Assembly: GCA_038061925.1 (NCBI GenBank)
Contig: JBBTYD010000015.1
Location: 1-47,472 of the forward strand
DNA from: Patescibacteria group bacterium
GTDB taxonomy: Bacteria; Patescibacteriota; Minisyncoccia; Phycocordibacterales; UBA9973
DNA length: 47,472 nt
Reading direction: 5' to 3'
Under the pieces are notes generated by a model. The model was given only the letters and a program-made list of their open reading frames with translations, was not told where the DNA came from and did no database searches. The translations under genes and the position numbers were made by a program. Below are positions 18,156 through 28,719 of this stretch, one piece after another. The stretch's first letter is position 1; each line of letters opens with the position of its first letter.

Positions 18156-18194
18156 AGATTTCATTAATTTATTGATTTTAAAATTATTTTTCAT
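18114..18194 (-). CDS. Putative Trp leader peptide (26 aa)
   Basis: MKNNFKINKLMKSWRGVKTSVFALFC; single TGG one codon 5' of helix 1:2. Confidence 0.55.
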   Translation of the reverse strand: MKNNFKINKLMKSWRGVKTSVFALFC

Positions 18195-18269
18195 GGTTCG
18201 GTTTTACTCACCATGACCTCTTCGAGCTTGAGTCTCAGAGCGAAGACCTGAGTTTTTCGAATGGGTCAT
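18192..18269. repeat. Two adjacent REP-like palindromic elements
   Basis: CATGGTTCGGTTTTACTCACCATG, and ATGACC-TCTTCGAGCTTGAGTCTCAGAGCGAAGACCTGAG...GGTCAT. The second has a relative at 41291-41340. Confidence 0.6.
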
Positions 18270-18300
18270 ATTTTTCTTACACATATATAATTTTTTCCTT

Positions 18301-18346
18301 GTATCTATGTACTAGTACATAGTAACAGAGGAAAAAAATAATGCAA
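18301..18346 (-). promoter_or_regulatory. Promoter with TrpR-like operator
   Basis: Perfect palindrome CTATGTACTAGTACATAG (18305-22) overlapping TGn-TACTAT -10; TTGCAT -35 at 18346-41 (16-bp spacer); directly downstream of trpR. Confidence 0.7.
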
Positions 18347-18385
18347 ATAGCATCTGTGGATAACTTCATATTTAGTTATTTAATA

Positions 18386-18682
18386 CTATTTACCTAATTT
18401 CTTTAACATTAGATGAAAACCGCCATTTTTATTACGAAGTTCACGAGATCCTCGGGTAACAGTGCTTATGCCAAGACCTAAATTCCCTGCTATAGACCTA
18501 TGTGTTTCTCCTTTATTAAGCTTTTTAACTATCTGCCATCTTAAAGCTAAAGCTTCAAATTCCGCTGGCGTCAGAATATCTATCAAGAACTCAGTCATTA
18601 ATTTTCTATCTCCAAAAATTTTAGAAAAAACTTCTACTAGCTCTTGCTTGTATTCTGGAATTTTTTTATTTATGTGCTTCAT
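18386..18682 (-). CDS. trpR: Trp repressor
   Basis: LTPAE..AL..RWQIV..L..GETHR.IA..LG.GISTVTRGSREL; 3 bp downstream of trpS. Confidence 0.88.
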   Translation of the reverse strand: MKHINKKIPEYKQELVEVFSKIFGDRKLMTEFLIDILTPAEFEALALRWQIVKKLNKGETHRSIAGNLGLGISTVTRGSRELRNKNGGFHLMLKKLGK

Positions 18683-18685
18683 TTT

Positions 18686-19636
18686 TTAATAAACATTAAC
18701 TCCGATTTTCTTTCGTACTTCCTCCATTTTCTTTGAAGCTACTTTTTTAGCTTTCTCACCACCGGCTTTTAGGATCGTTAGCGCTTTGGGGATATCTTTC
18801 GCAAATTCTTTTCTTTTTTGTCGCAAGGGCGCAATAAATTTTTCCAAATCTTCTATTAGCAATTCTTTTAATTCTTTATATTTGCCTGCTTTATTTTTGT
18901 AGATAGACAGAAGTTCTGATGCAGGACGAAGTAAATTATGTATCGCATAGACATTTTTTGGAATTCCTTCATCTGAATCTGTGACAATGCCCATCACCGC
19001 CTTTTTTATTTCCTCATATTCAGCAAAAAGCGGAATAGTATTGCCATAACTTTTAGACATTTTGCGTCCATCCGTTCCCGGTACAGTCGCTACCTCTTTC
19101 CTAATCATTGGATTGGGTAATTTAAAAGTTTCTCCATATATCCGATTAAATTTTTCTGCCAAATCGCAGGCTATCTCCACATGCTGTTTTTGGTCTGCTC
19201 CGACCGGCACTAAATCAGGACCGTAGAGTAAAATATCAGCCGCCATCAAAACGGGATAATTAAAAGTGCCGACATCAATTTCTTTATTCTTCGCCTCTGC
19301 ATCCTTGAAAGCATGGGCACGCATTAAATATGGCATTGTGATAATCGTATCAAAAATCCAAGCAAGTTCTGTGTGCTCAGAAATGTCACTTTGTTTGAAA
19401 AATGTTACTTTTTCCGAATCAAGACCAATCGCTAAATAATCAAGCAAAACATTCTTTATGTTTTCATTCATTTCTTTTGAATTTCTAAGAGAATGTAAAG
19501 CATGATAATCAGCTATAAAAACATAGCCATCATGCTCATTCTGTAAATCAACAAATTGTTTCATCGCTCCAAAATAGTTGCCAATATGAGGCTTTCCTGA
19601 AGGCTGAACACCCGATAAAAATACCTTTTCGCTCAT
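18686..19636 (-). CDS. trpS: Tryptophanyl-tRNA synthetase
   Basis: SGVQPSG, HIGNYFGA, YPVLMAADIL, VPVGADQKQH, KMSKS. Confidence 0.97.
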   Translation of the reverse strand: MSEKVFLSGVQPSGKPHIGNYFGAMKQFVDLQNEHDGYVFIADYHALHSLRNSKEMNENIKNVLLDYLAIGLDSEKVTFFKQSDISEHTELAWIFDTIITMPYLMRAHAFKDAEAKNKEIDVGTFNYPVLMAADILLYGPDLVPVGADQKQHVEIACDLAEKFNRIYGETFKLPNPMIRKEVATVPGTDGRKMSKSYGNTIPLFAEYEEIKKAVMGIVTDSDEGIPKNVYAIHNLLRPASELLSIYKNKAGKYKELKELLIEDLEKFIAPLRQKRKEFAKDIPKALTILKAGGEKAKKVASKKMEEVRKKIGVNVY

Positions 19637-19748
19637 TTTTTTATTTTAACACAAAATCATAAAAAGGGCATTTTTTTCTCCACATTTTAGTAACAGTTTT
19701 ACGCACTTTTTTATTTTGATAATTTTTCGATTATGCTAGAATGATTTC

Positions 19749-21161
19749 ATGGTAAAAACAACAACCAATATCACAAAAAATAAACAAAAAAATATTCGTA
19801 TTCCGCCTCAGAGTATTGAATCAGAACAAGCAGTGTTAGGTTCAATAATGCTCCGCAGAGACGCGATGCATGAAGTGGAGGATATAGTAAGTCCTGAGTC
19901 TTTCTATGTTGAAAAACATAAAAAGATCTTCCAAGCAATGCTCGACCTTTCAAATAAAAACGAACCAATAGATGTGCTTTCACTATCCACCAAGCTTGAG
20001 GAACAAAAACTGCTTGATAATGTTGGAGGCAATGTTTATCTGGCGGAAATAGTCAACATCGTCCCTTCCTCCATTAATATCAAACACTACGCGGATATTG
20101 TGCAAAAAAAATATGTTCTTCGAAGTTTGATAGAAGCGGCAGATTATGTGTCTGAACTCGCCTTCGAAGAAAGTGATGACCACATGGACGATATACTAGA
20201 TATGGCGGAAAAAAAAATTTTTAGCGTAATCTCATCTCCCAAAAATCAAAAATTTATAAATTTGAAAGACGCGTTACCGGAAGCTTGGGAACGTCTTGAA
20301 AAATTACATGAACACAAAGGAATGTTGCGTGGACTGCCAACTGGATTTAAAGATTTAGACAATATGCTCTCCGGACTGCAAAAATCCGACTTGGTAATCA
20401 TTGCCGCGCGACCCAGCATGGGTAAAACCACCCTGGCTCTGGATATCGCGCGTCTGACATCAACGATTCACGAAAAATCCGTAGTTATATTTTCTCTGGA
20501 AATGTCATCTCAACAATTAGTGGATAGAATGCTTTCAGCCGAGAGCCGCGTGAATGCTTGGAATTTGCGTACCGGACGTTTGTCTTCAGACAAAGAATTC
20601 TCCCAACTTCGCGATTCGCTAGACAAGCTCGCTAAAGCTAAAATTTATATTGATGACCAGCCGGGAAATTCAATCGTTAGAATGAAAGCCCTCTCGCGCA
20701 GATTAAAAGCGGAAAAAGGACTTGATTTAATTGTGGTTGATTATTTACAGCTTATGACAACTTCCAAAAATTATGATTCAATGGTCAATCAAGTGACAGA
20801 AATTAGCCGGTCACTCAAGAGTTTGGCAAAAGAATTAAACGTACCGGTACTCGCACTTTCCCAGCTTTCTCGCGCGGTAGAGAGCAGAGGTGGCAAACCA
20901 AGACTTTCAGACCTTCGTGATTCAGGATCCATCGAACAAGATGCAGATGTCGTAATGTTTTTGCATAGAGATGATAAAGGGAAAGAGGAATCAGAAAAAA
21001 CAAATATCGTTGAAATTTTAATTGAAAAACATAGAAATGGACCAACTGGAAAAATCGAACTTTATTTCGATGAAAAGACTACGACATTTCAAACTCTTGA
21101 AAAAAGCAACATTAGCGAATTTGCTCCCGCAAAAGTTAAAGGAGATTTAGATGAATTTTAA
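19749..21161 (+). CDS. dnaB: Replicative DNA helicase
   Basis: AARPSMGKT, FSLEMS, VDYLQL, LSQLSR, DLRDSGSIEQDAD, KHRNGPTG. Confidence 0.98.
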   Translation: MVKTTTNITKNKQKNIRIPPQSIESEQAVLGSIMLRRDAMHEVEDIVSPESFYVEKHKKIFQAMLDLSNKNEPIDVLSLSTKLEEQKLLDNVGGNVYLAEIVNIVPSSINIKHYADIVQKKYVLRSLIEAADYVSELAFEESDDHMDDILDMAEKKIFSVISSPKNQKFINLKDALPEAWERLEKLHEHKGMLRGLPTGFKDLDNMLSGLQKSDLVIIAARPSMGKTTLALDIARLTSTIHEKSVVIFSLEMSSQQLVDRMLSAESRVNAWNLRTGRLSSDKEFSQLRDSLDKLAKAKIYIDDQPGNSIVRMKALSRRLKAEKGLDLIVVDYLQLMTTSKNYDSMVNQVTEISRSLKSLAKELNVPVLALSQLSRAVESRGGKPRLSDLRDSGSIEQDADVVMFLHRDDKGKEESEKTNIVEILIEKHRNGPTGKIELYFDEKTTTFQTLEKSNISEFAPAKVKGDLDEF

Positions 21162-21201
21162 TGTTCAGCCATAATACTTTACCATATGTTAGAATCAATA
21201 G

Positions 21202-21822
21202 ATGGATATTATAGATAAATTAGCAGAAATTTTTAAAGAATTCCCGGGTATTGGAGAAAGACAGGCCAGACGTTTTGTTTATTTTTTGATGTCTAGAAGC
21301 CCCGTCTATAATGAAAATTTGTCCAGCCTGATAACGGACTTAAAAAAAGAAGTAGCGCAATGCAAAGAATGTTTTAGATTTTTCATTTTAAATCAAAAAA
21401 AAGAAAAATGGTGCGAAATTTGCGCTAATTTAAACATAGACTCTTCCACTTTGATGATTCTGGAGAAAGATTCTGATTTAGAGTCCGTAAAGAAAAGCAG
21501 AGTTTACAACGGTAAATATTTTATTCTGGGCGGGCTCGTGCCAGTGGTTGAAAAAAACACTAAAAATAGAATTCGAATCGAGGAGTTAAAACAAAAAATA
21601 TCCGCTCCAAAAGATGCAAATAAATTAAAAGAAATAATTCTGGCTTTTTCCTTAAATCCCCAAGGTGATCACACCGATTCTTATATTCGAGCACAAATTA
21701 AAGATATTACAGAAAAATTAGATATAAAAATGTCTTCTCTAGGTAAAGGCCTCTCGACTGGCACTGAACTTGAATATTCCGACAACGACACCCTGAAAAA
21801 TGCGTTAAAAAATAGACAATAA
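21202..21822 (+). CDS. recR: Recombination mediator RecR
   Basis: PGIG HhH motif, C4 zinc finger, Toprim domain, ELEY.D. Confidence 0.93.
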   Translation: MDIIDKLAEIFKEFPGIGERQARRFVYFLMSRSPVYNENLSSLITDLKKEVAQCKECFRFFILNQKKEKWCEICANLNIDSSTLMILEKDSDLESVKKSRVYNGKYFILGGLVPVVEKNTKNRIRIEELKQKISAPKDANKLKEIILAFSLNPQGDHTDSYIRAQIKDITEKLDIKMSSLGKGLSTGTELEYSDNDTLKNALKNRQ

Positions 21823-21858
21823 AAAACAAAAAATCATAATACTCAAATTCTGCTATCG

Positions 21859-22344
21859 CTAATTATAAGTATTGTAATGTTTGGCTAGTTTAAATGTTTT
21901 AATGCAATCTTGAAGTTTAATTTCTTTTATATAATCTAAAAAATCTTTAGGAAGTGGTGATGGTCCAACCCAAACACTTTTTTGGATCATTCTATAGTCA
22001 AATTGCCGTAAGTGAAAACGAAACCATTCCCTCTCAGCTTTTTTGGTTTCTGGTATATCAAACATCACAAGCAAATTTCTTGGTGATTCTTTTTTATATG
22101 GCGAATCAAATGTCAAAAACCGAACTTTTTTGTTTTCAATATATTTTCTTCCTTTCGAAAGTAAGGATATGTAATTATTTTCTTTTAGCACATAGCCGTT
22201 TTTATTTAATCGGCAAAGGGTGTTGTTAATAGACTGTTTTTTATATGGAAATATCGCAGGCAAGCCAAGTATACTGACCGGCATACCTTTATATCGGTGT
22301 GTTGGTTCAAACAATAATCTAAAAATTTTATCCTCAATACTCAT
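21859..22344 (-). CDS. PaaX-like regulator (wHTH + Cas2-like domain)
   Basis: RL...GY...L..KG winged helix; VMFDIPE..K..R, IQKSVW. Confidence 0.78.
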   Translation of the reverse strand: MSIEDKIFRLLFEPTHRYKGMPVSILGLPAIFPYKKQSINNTLCRLNKNGYVLKENNYISLLSKGRKYIENKKVRFLTFDSPYKKESPRNLLVMFDIPETKKAEREWFRFHLRQFDYRMIQKSVWVGPSPLPKDFLDYIKEIKLQDCIKTFKLAKHYNTYN

Positions 22345-22535
22345 TTAATGCGATAGCTAGATTTAAGTATAACATATTTGTTTGTTACGCAAAAACAACG
22401 ACACCCTCAGAAATGCTTTGAAAAATAGGCAGTAAAAAAGATCTAAATAGAACTAATCATACTACCAATAAAAAAGAGAAAAAGTCCACTTAATAACTGA
22501 AGATCCGAGTACAAATTTTTTTTGATATTCATTCT

Positions 22536-22862
22536 CTATTTTATCTCAATAATTTTTACTTTAAAGAAGGGCTGGCGGTGGCCGTTGCGACGGAGATAGC
22601 GAGATTTTTGTTTATATTTTACCACGAGAATTTTTCTAGCGCGGCCGATTTCTACAATTTCCGCGTCCACTTTCGCGCCGATTATGTAAGGAGTGCCTAT
22701 CGTAATATCTTTTCCATCATCAACAAGTAAAACCTTATCAAAAGACAACTTATCTCCTTTCTTATACTCAATTTCTTTTGCCTTTATTTTCTCAATAGAA
22801 ACAAGACTCCCTTCCGAGACCTTGTACTGCTTCCCCCCTGTTTGTATTACTGCAAATTCCAT
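22536..22862 (-). CDS. rplU: 50S ribosomal protein L21
   Basis: FAVIQTGGKQYKV, GHRQPF; start placed at ATG 22862. Confidence 0.96.
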   Translation of the reverse strand: MEFAVIQTGGKQYKVSEGSLVSIEKIKAKEIEYKKGDKLSFDKVLLVDDGKDITIGTPYIIGAKVDAEIVEIGRARKILVVKYKQKSRYLRRNGHRQPFFKVKIIEIK

Positions 22863-22920
22863 AAAGCTCATATTATATGAAATTTCACAAAAAGGCAAGT
22901 CTTTGCTATACTACTTTTAC

Positions 22921-23952
22921 ATGCAAACAAAAATTATTGAGCGATATTTTTTCTTCGGTATATTACTAGCAACCTTTGTTTTTGCTTTTTTTATATTCCG
23001 TCCTTTTTGGATAGTATTGGTATTGGGATTATCTTTCTCAATAGTGCTTTATCCTATATATGAATGGTTAAATAAAAGATATTTGCCAAGTTGGCTAGCT
23101 TCACTTTTAACTGTAATTTTTTTTGTTGTAGTACTCTGGGGGCCACTTTTGGGTATTGGCGCCATAGTTTTCAAACAAAGTCAGGACGTTTATTATATAG
23201 TTACAGATAATGGAAACACTAGGCCATTTTTGGATTCAATAGAAACCAAGATTAATAAAATATTGCCTTCCGGTATGGTTTTTGATATCAATAAAAAAAC
23301 AACAGACTTTATTTCTTATATATCAAAAAATATAGCAAGCATATTTACTGCCACTATTTCTGCCTTCTTTTCATTTATCCTAATGCTTCTAATTATTTTT
23401 TATTTTCTCAAAGATGGAGCAGAGTGGAGAAAAGCTATTATTGTACTTAGTCCGCTTGGAGATAAAGATGATGAGAAAATAATTGGAAGACTTGCGCAAG
23501 CTGTAAATGGGGTCATCAAAGGATTTCTTTTAATAGCTCTCATTCAGGGTATATTATTGGGGATTGGACTTTGGTTCTTTGGTATTTCAAATGGCGCTCT
23601 TTGGGGTATGGTAGCTGCCATCACATCTCTCATTCCAACCTTGGGAACTTCTCTAGTTTCAATTCCTGCAATTGTTTTCCTTTTTGCTACAGGACACACC
23701 ACATCTGCCGTCGGTCTTTTGATCTGGGCAATAATTATAGTAGGAATGATTGATAATTTTTTAGGTCCACTTATTGTCAGCAAAAAAATAAATATATCTT
23801 CCTTGTTTATTCTTTTCTCAGTACTTGGTGGAATTTCACTTTTGGGTCCAGTGGGTATTTTGGTAGGACCTTTAACGATAAGCTTGCTCTACACTCTTGT
23901 CTCAATATATAGAAATGAATTCAAACAAAATACACAAAATACATTTGTATAA
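22921..23952 (+). CDS. AI-2E (UPF0118) family transporter
   Basis: FYFLKDG, LIPTLG, IDNFLGP, SVLGG..LLGPVGILVGP; probable start ATG 22921. Confidence 0.9.
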   Translation: MQTKIIERYFFFGILLATFVFAFFIFRPFWIVLVLGLSFSIVLYPIYEWLNKRYLPSWLASLLTVIFFVVVLWGPLLGIGAIVFKQSQDVYYIVTDNGNTRPFLDSIETKINKILPSGMVFDINKKTTDFISYISKNIASIFTATISAFFSFILMLLIIFYFLKDGAEWRKAIIVLSPLGDKDDEKIIGRLAQAVNGVIKGFLLIALIQGILLGIGLWFFGISNGALWGMVAAITSLIPTLGTSLVSIPAIVFLFATGHTTSAVGLLIWAIIIVGMIDNFLGPLIVSKKINISSLFILFSVLGGISLLGPVGILVGPLTISLLYTLVSIYRNEFKQNTQNTFV

Positions 23953-25363
23953 TACCTTAACTCGTAAAAAAGAGAATTTCTCCTCTATTAATAAAGGCAA
24001 AGTTTTACTTTATAGTTGCGGACCGACAGTTTACAATTATCCGCATATTGGGAATTATCGAGCATATATTTTCGCTGACATTTTAAAAAGAGTGTTGATG
24101 TATGAAGGATATAAAGTTAAACATATAATGAATTTAACTGATATCGACGATAAAACTATCCGTGATTCGCAAAAAGAGGGAAAAACTTTAAAAAAATTCA
24201 CTGAATTTTATACTGAAGAATTTTTAAAAGACATCAAATCTCTCAATATCATAAATCCAAAAAAATTTACAAAAGCTACGGATTATATTGATGAAACGGT
24301 TGATATTGTAAAAAAACTGTTAAAAAAAGGTTTGGCTTATAAAAGCGAAGATGGCTCTGTCTATTTTAACATCAAAAAGTTTAAAAATTATGGCCAGCTT
24401 TCACGTTTAGTTATAAAAAACCAAAAAGAAAATGCATCAGGAAGAATAACGAGAGATGAATATGGCAAAGATAATGCGCAAGATTTCGCGCTTTGGAAAG
24501 CTTGGAATATCCAAGATGGAGATGTATTTTGGGATCCCTCTAAAAAAATCGGGGCAGGCGCAGAATTAGGCAAGGGTCGCCCTGGCTGGCATATTGAATG
24601 TTCAGCCATGTCTATGGCAAATTTAGGCGAACAAATAGATATACACACCGGCGGAGTGGATAATATATTCCCGCATCATGAAAATGAAATAGCGCAATCC
24701 GAAGGCGCGACTGGCCGGCCTTTTGTAAAATACTGGATGCATAATGAATGGGTGCTGGTAGACAATAAGAAAATGGCAAAATCAGACAAGAATTTCTACA
24801 CCTTGAAAGATCTGACCGATAAAGGCATTGACCCTATAGCTTATAGATTTTGGCTTTTAATGGCAAATTATCGCGCTAGAGTAAACTTCGTCTTCGAAGC
24901 CCTAGAGGGCGCAAAAATAGCCCTAAAACGGCTTTATAACCTATACATAGAACTCGGGGAAGATAATGTTGGAAAAGTGAATCCAGAATATCAGCATAAA
25001 TTCAAAGAATTCATCGAAGATGATTTGGATACTCCGAGAGCATTAGTGGTTCTTTGGGATGTATTCAAAGATGAAAATATTTCTGATGTCGACAAAAAAG
25101 CAACAATTTTAGACTTTGATAAAGTATTCGGACTTGGTTTTGAGCAAGTAGAAAAAAAAGCAAGAAAAGAGAGAAACAAGAAAATTCCCCAAAAAATACA
25201 ATTCCTTTTGGAAGAACGCGAACAAGCGCGCCAAAATAAAAATTTTAAAAAATCCGATGAACTCAGAAAAGAAATAAATTTTTTAGGTTACGAAGTGAAA
25301 GACACAACCGAGGGGCAGAAAATTTCCCTCGCCCATAATCCTATGGGCGAGACCAAGATTTAA
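23915..25363 (+). CDS. cysS: Cysteinyl-tRNA synthetase
   Basis: CGPTVY, HIGN, DFALWK, GRPGWHIECSAM, FPHHENE, KMAKS. Confidence 0.97.
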   Translation: MNSNKIHKIHLYNTLTRKKENFSSINKGKVLLYSCGPTVYNYPHIGNYRAYIFADILKRVLMYEGYKVKHIMNLTDIDDKTIRDSQKEGKTLKKFTEFYTEEFLKDIKSLNIINPKKFTKATDYIDETVDIVKKLLKKGLAYKSEDGSVYFNIKKFKNYGQLSRLVIKNQKENASGRITRDEYGKDNAQDFALWKAWNIQDGDVFWDPSKKIGAGAELGKGRPGWHIECSAMSMANLGEQIDIHTGGVDNIFPHHENEIAQSEGATGRPFVKYWMHNEWVLVDNKKMAKSDKNFYTLKDLTDKGIDPIAYRFWLLMANYRARVNFVFEALEGAKIALKRLYNLYIELGEDNVGKVNPEYQHKFKEFIEDDLDTPRALVVLWDVFKDENISDVDKKATILDFDKVFGLGFEQVEKKARKERNKKIPQKIQFLLEEREQARQNKNFKKSDELRKEINFLGYEVKDTTEGQKISLAHNPMGETKI

Positions 25364-25931
25364 AAAATTTCTGACGATAAAGAAAATAAATCTCAATCAA
25401 GTTTGCCAGCACTAGATAGGCAGAAAATGAATAGATTGTAAAAATCCAATTTTTTATAATTAATAAAGACAAAATATTGTTTATTACTCCACCAATATAA
25501 ATAGAGCTTGTTTCGGTTTCTGGAAATTTCCAAGATTTAATAAAAGTTGGAATATAGGCTAACAAATCACTCAAAATTGCAAAAATAATAGATACCCCTA
25601 AATTATTTGTAATTAAGTAAAAAATAACGGCTATTATGGAGAAAAATCCACAAACCAAATCAAAGAATTGGATTTTCCAAAAAGCTTTTTTATTAAACAA
25701 AGAAAAAATTATCACTAAAAAAGGACCGAAGCCTGCCATAAATGCGCCTAAAGAAGAAAATCCAGCTCCCGCTTTTAATTGCAAAAAAAAGCCAATAAAA
25801 GGCGCGAGCATCCACATAAACCAAGAAACTAAATTTGGTTTGGTTTGTCCATAAAATATATTTTTTATATACCAAATAGAACAAAAGAGATTTAAAAATA
25901 CTCCAACAAAAATAATATTCTGAGGAAGCAT
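25341..25931 (-). CDS. Polytopic membrane protein (PQ-loop/SWEET-like)
   Basis: About 7 hydrophobic helices; TKPN..SW..W, IPT..KSW..PETE. Confidence 0.65.
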   Translation of the reverse strand: MLPQNIIFVGVFLNLFCSIWYIKNIFYGQTKPNLVSWFMWMLAPFIGFFLQLKAGAGFSSLGAFMAGFGPFLVIIFSLFNKKAFWKIQFFDLVCGFFSIIAVIFYLITNNLGVSIIFAILSDLLAYIPTFIKSWKFPETETSSIYIGGVINNILSLLIIKNWIFTIYSFSAYLVLANLIEIYFLYRQKFFKSWSRP

Positions 25932-25932
25932 C

Positions 25933-27036
25933 TTAGATCCCCTCTTTTTTAAGTTCCGCTATAAGTTCACGAGACTTGCGAGACAATCTGCCCGGAAGTT
26001 TTATGTTAAGTTTAATTAAGAGATCTCCGCGTTTACTTTTTGACATCGGCACACCTTTCCCCCGGACTCGCAGAATTTCATTTATACTTACACCTTCTGG
26101 AATGGTAACTTTAATTTCTCCATCCAGAGTTTGAATTGGATATTCTGTCCCCAGAAGCGCGTCTGAGAGTTTTAAATTTAAATCCATTACGAGGTCATTG
26201 CTGTCACGCTTAAATATTGGATGTAAAGCGACATTTATTTTTATATAAAGGTCTCCAGTCGCGCCTTTAGAAACCGCTTCGCCATAGCCTGTCATCCGAA
26301 TCATCTCCCCATCTCGGATACCGGCAGGAATAACAATTGAAACTTCTTCTTCCCGACGCAACACTCCTTTGCCTTTGCAGATCTCACAAATTTCTTTCGG
26401 CACCTCGCCTGTCCCAAGACAAACTTCGCAAATTTTTGTATTCGTGATATTTCCAAAAATTGTTCTCTTCGATTCATGAATTTTTCCTTGACCATTGCAG
26501 ACCCTGCAAGTGATCGTGGAGAAACCTGCTTTCGCGCCAGAACCATGACAAGTGAGACAATTTGATGTTTTGGTAATTAAAATTTTTCTATTAGTGCCAA
26601 AAATAGAGTCCGAAAAAGAAATTTGAACTTCAGTGGAAATATCCCGACCACGTCTTGCCTCTTTTCTTCTTCCGCCCATTTCACCTCCAAAAAAATCGCT
26701 AAAAATATCATTCAAATTGCCAAAATCAAAATCGGTATTGCCGTCCTCGAAACCCCTAGAAAAATTACTGAAATCAAAACCCCCAAATCCACTTTGCTGG
26801 TTTCCGCCATAACCCGGTTGTGCATTTTCAAAACCTGACCCATACTGATCATATTTTGAACGCTTTCCATCATCTGAGAGCACTTGATAAGCCTCATTGA
26901 CTTGTTTAAATTTTACTTCACTGCCTTCTTTTTTATCAGGATGATATTTATGCGCCAACTTATAAAAAGCCTTCTTAATTTCTTCTTTAGAGGCGCCCTT
27001 ATTTACTCCCAATATATTGTAGTAGTCTTTATCCAT
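25933..27036 (-). CDS. dnaJ: Chaperone DnaJ
   Basis: DYY.ILGV, HPD, G/F region, four CxxCxGxG motifs; start ATG 27036. Confidence 0.97.
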   Translation of the reverse strand: MDKDYYNILGVNKGASKEEIKKAFYKLAHKYHPDKKEGSEVKFKQVNEAYQVLSDDGKRSKYDQYGSGFENAQPGYGGNQQSGFGGFDFSNFSRGFEDGNTDFDFGNLNDIFSDFFGGEMGGRRKEARRGRDISTEVQISFSDSIFGTNRKILITKTSNCLTCHGSGAKAGFSTITCRVCNGQGKIHESKRTIFGNITNTKICEVCLGTGEVPKEICEICKGKGVLRREEEVSIVIPAGIRDGEMIRMTGYGEAVSKGATGDLYIKINVALHPIFKRDSNDLVMDLNLKLSDALLGTEYPIQTLDGEIKVTIPEGVSINEILRVRGKGVPMSKSKRGDLLIKLNIKLPGRLSRKSRELIAELKKEGI

Positions 27037-27100
27037 AAGGTTATTCAACAATAATACCTCGGAATGAAATTTTTTGCAAAGTTCCGCACGCAAAACTATA

Positions 27101-28654
27101 TTATAGCATAGGTTCGTCTTCTTGGGAAGCTTTTGTTTTAGGTTCTTTTTTTTCGCTCTCCTTTTCGGCTACTGTTTCGGCAGATAAATCAACAAACTCG
27201 CCTATTTCTTCATTCTTTTCCTTTTTTTCTTTTTCCTTCTCCTTTCTTTTAGCTTTTCTTTCAATTATTGCTTTTTCTTCCACGCTTCTGATTATCGTAG
27301 CCTCTTCCTCGACAATGAGCTTAGCGGCATCATCTTTTGGAATTGAATATTTTCGGCGAGATGCATCAATAATTTCTCGTCTATAAGATGGATGCGTTGG
27401 AGGAAGCACTTTGAGAGTTTCAGCTGAAAATGGATCATAAGATTCGCCATCAATAGTTATTTTTATATAAAATTCTGTCACCGCCAAATTAATCATATCC
27501 TTGATATCAAAGATAGGCGCAAATTCCGGTTTTAATTTTACCGCGTCCTCGCCACCAACCCTAAAACAAATAATGCCTCCCGTATTGCCAAGTATCGCAT
27601 GTTGGACTTGAGGAAGAAGCTGACCGATATATTGGTGCGCCATCGTAAGGTTTAGAGCGTATTTTCTAGCTTCGGATAAAATATTTTCAAATGTTTGGGT
27701 AACAATATTATGAAACTCGTCTATGTACAAATAAAAATCCTTGCGCTCCGCCTCGGGAATATTCGCTCGCTCCATTCCCGCTTGTTTTATTTTTGTCAAA
27801 AACATCGAACCAAAAAAAGATGAATTTTCTTCTCCGATCCGACCTTTTGAAAGATTAATAAAAATTATTTTCTCTTGATTCATTAGTTCGCTGATATCTA
27901 TTTTGTTTTGCTTTTGTCCGAAGATATTTCGCAGTAATGGGTCGGAGAGAAATTGCCCGAGTTTGTTCACAAGCGGAATAATAGCGTCCGTATCAAATTT
28001 CTCCGACCAGTCGGCAAATTCAATAGCGAAGAATCTTTTCACCATGTCGTCCGTAATATATTCCACCACCTTCTGTCGGTAATTTCTGTCGGTTAACATT
28101 GAAATCATTCCGCGCATCGTAGCGTGCGGATAATCAAGGAGCGCCAAACAAGTGAACCGAAACACATGTTCGAGACGAGGCGTCCAGTTGGCCCCGAATT
28201 GTTTATGTAGAACTTCGATTAATCCTTGAGTTAATTGAAATTTAAACAGCGGATCCACATTGGCCAGCGGATTAAAGGAGGCCGGAAAATCAATATCCGC
28301 CGGATCGATGATGCAGACATCCTCAATGCGTTCTTTTGGAATATAATCCAGCATCGCTTCTATCACATCCCCGTGCGGGTCGATCAGACATAAACCGTGA
28401 TTATAGGTTACATCTTGGCGGATAAAAAGTTCAAGTAATTTAGTCTTACCAACACCAGATTTTCCAACTATATAAAGATGTCTTCGGCGATCTACTCGTT
28501 TTATGCCAAAAATAAATTTCTTCTCTTCGAGCGATGCCACATAATTCGTCCGCCCAATAAAAGAAACATCTTCCGGTTTGACCTTGCCGAAAATGGGCAA
28601 TTCTGGCGGTGGCGGTCCATATTTTATTATTTGCACTCGATTCGGCTTCGGCAT
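27101..28654 (-). CDS. DUF87/TraD-VirD4-like (FtsK-HerA superfamily) P-loop ATPase
   Basis: [43 protein letters not shown]; no TM segment. Confidence 0.88.
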   Translation of the reverse strand: MPKPNRVQIIKYGPPPPELPIFGKVKPEDVSFIGRTNYVASLEEKKFIFGIKRVDRRRHLYIVGKSGVGKTKLLELFIRQDVTYNHGLCLIDPHGDVIEAMLDYIPKERIEDVCIIDPADIDFPASFNPLANVDPLFKFQLTQGLIEVLHKQFGANWTPRLEHVFRFTCLALLDYPHATMRGMISMLTDRNYRQKVVEYITDDMVKRFFAIEFADWSEKFDTDAIIPLVNKLGQFLSDPLLRNIFGQKQNKIDISELMNQEKIIFINLSKGRIGEENSSFFGSMFLTKIKQAGMERANIPEAERKDFYLYIDEFHNIVTQTFENILSEARKYALNLTMAHQYIGQLLPQVQHAILGNTGGIICFRVGGEDAVKLKPEFAPIFDIKDMINLAVTEFYIKITIDGESYDPFSAETLKVLPPTHPSYRREIIDASRRKYSIPKDDAAKLIVEEEATIIRSVEEKAIIERKAKRKEKEKEKKEKNEEIGEFVDLSAETVAEKESEKKEPKTKASQEDEPML

Positions 28655-28696
28655 ATTTGACTATTTTATCATAATTTAAAAGATTATCCTACCTTA

Positions 28697-28717
28697 TGTC
28701 AAAGAGACACTTTGACA
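28697..28717. repeat. 21-bp palindrome, copy 1
   Basis: TGTCAAAGAG-A-CACTTTGACA; near-identical copy at 40644-40664. Confidence 0.85.
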
Positions 28718-28719
28718 TT

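Noticed and set aside
18204-18269. Short ORF MTHSKNSGLRSETQARRGHGE as the leader peptide
   Set aside because: It lies entirely within palindromic elements and has no regulatory codons.
17950-18385. T-box riboswitch or tRNA in the long intergenic region
   Set aside because: No GGTGGNACC T-box motif or cloverleaf seen; the leader-peptide model explains the helices better.
12096-19748. Replication origin suggested by DnaA boxes and dnaB
   Set aside because: Boxes are scattered, with no dense cluster, no dnaA/dnaN and no clear unwinding element.
22693-22920. N-terminal extension of the AI-2E ORF in the track
   Set aside because: Antisense to rplU; ATG 22921 is the plausible start.
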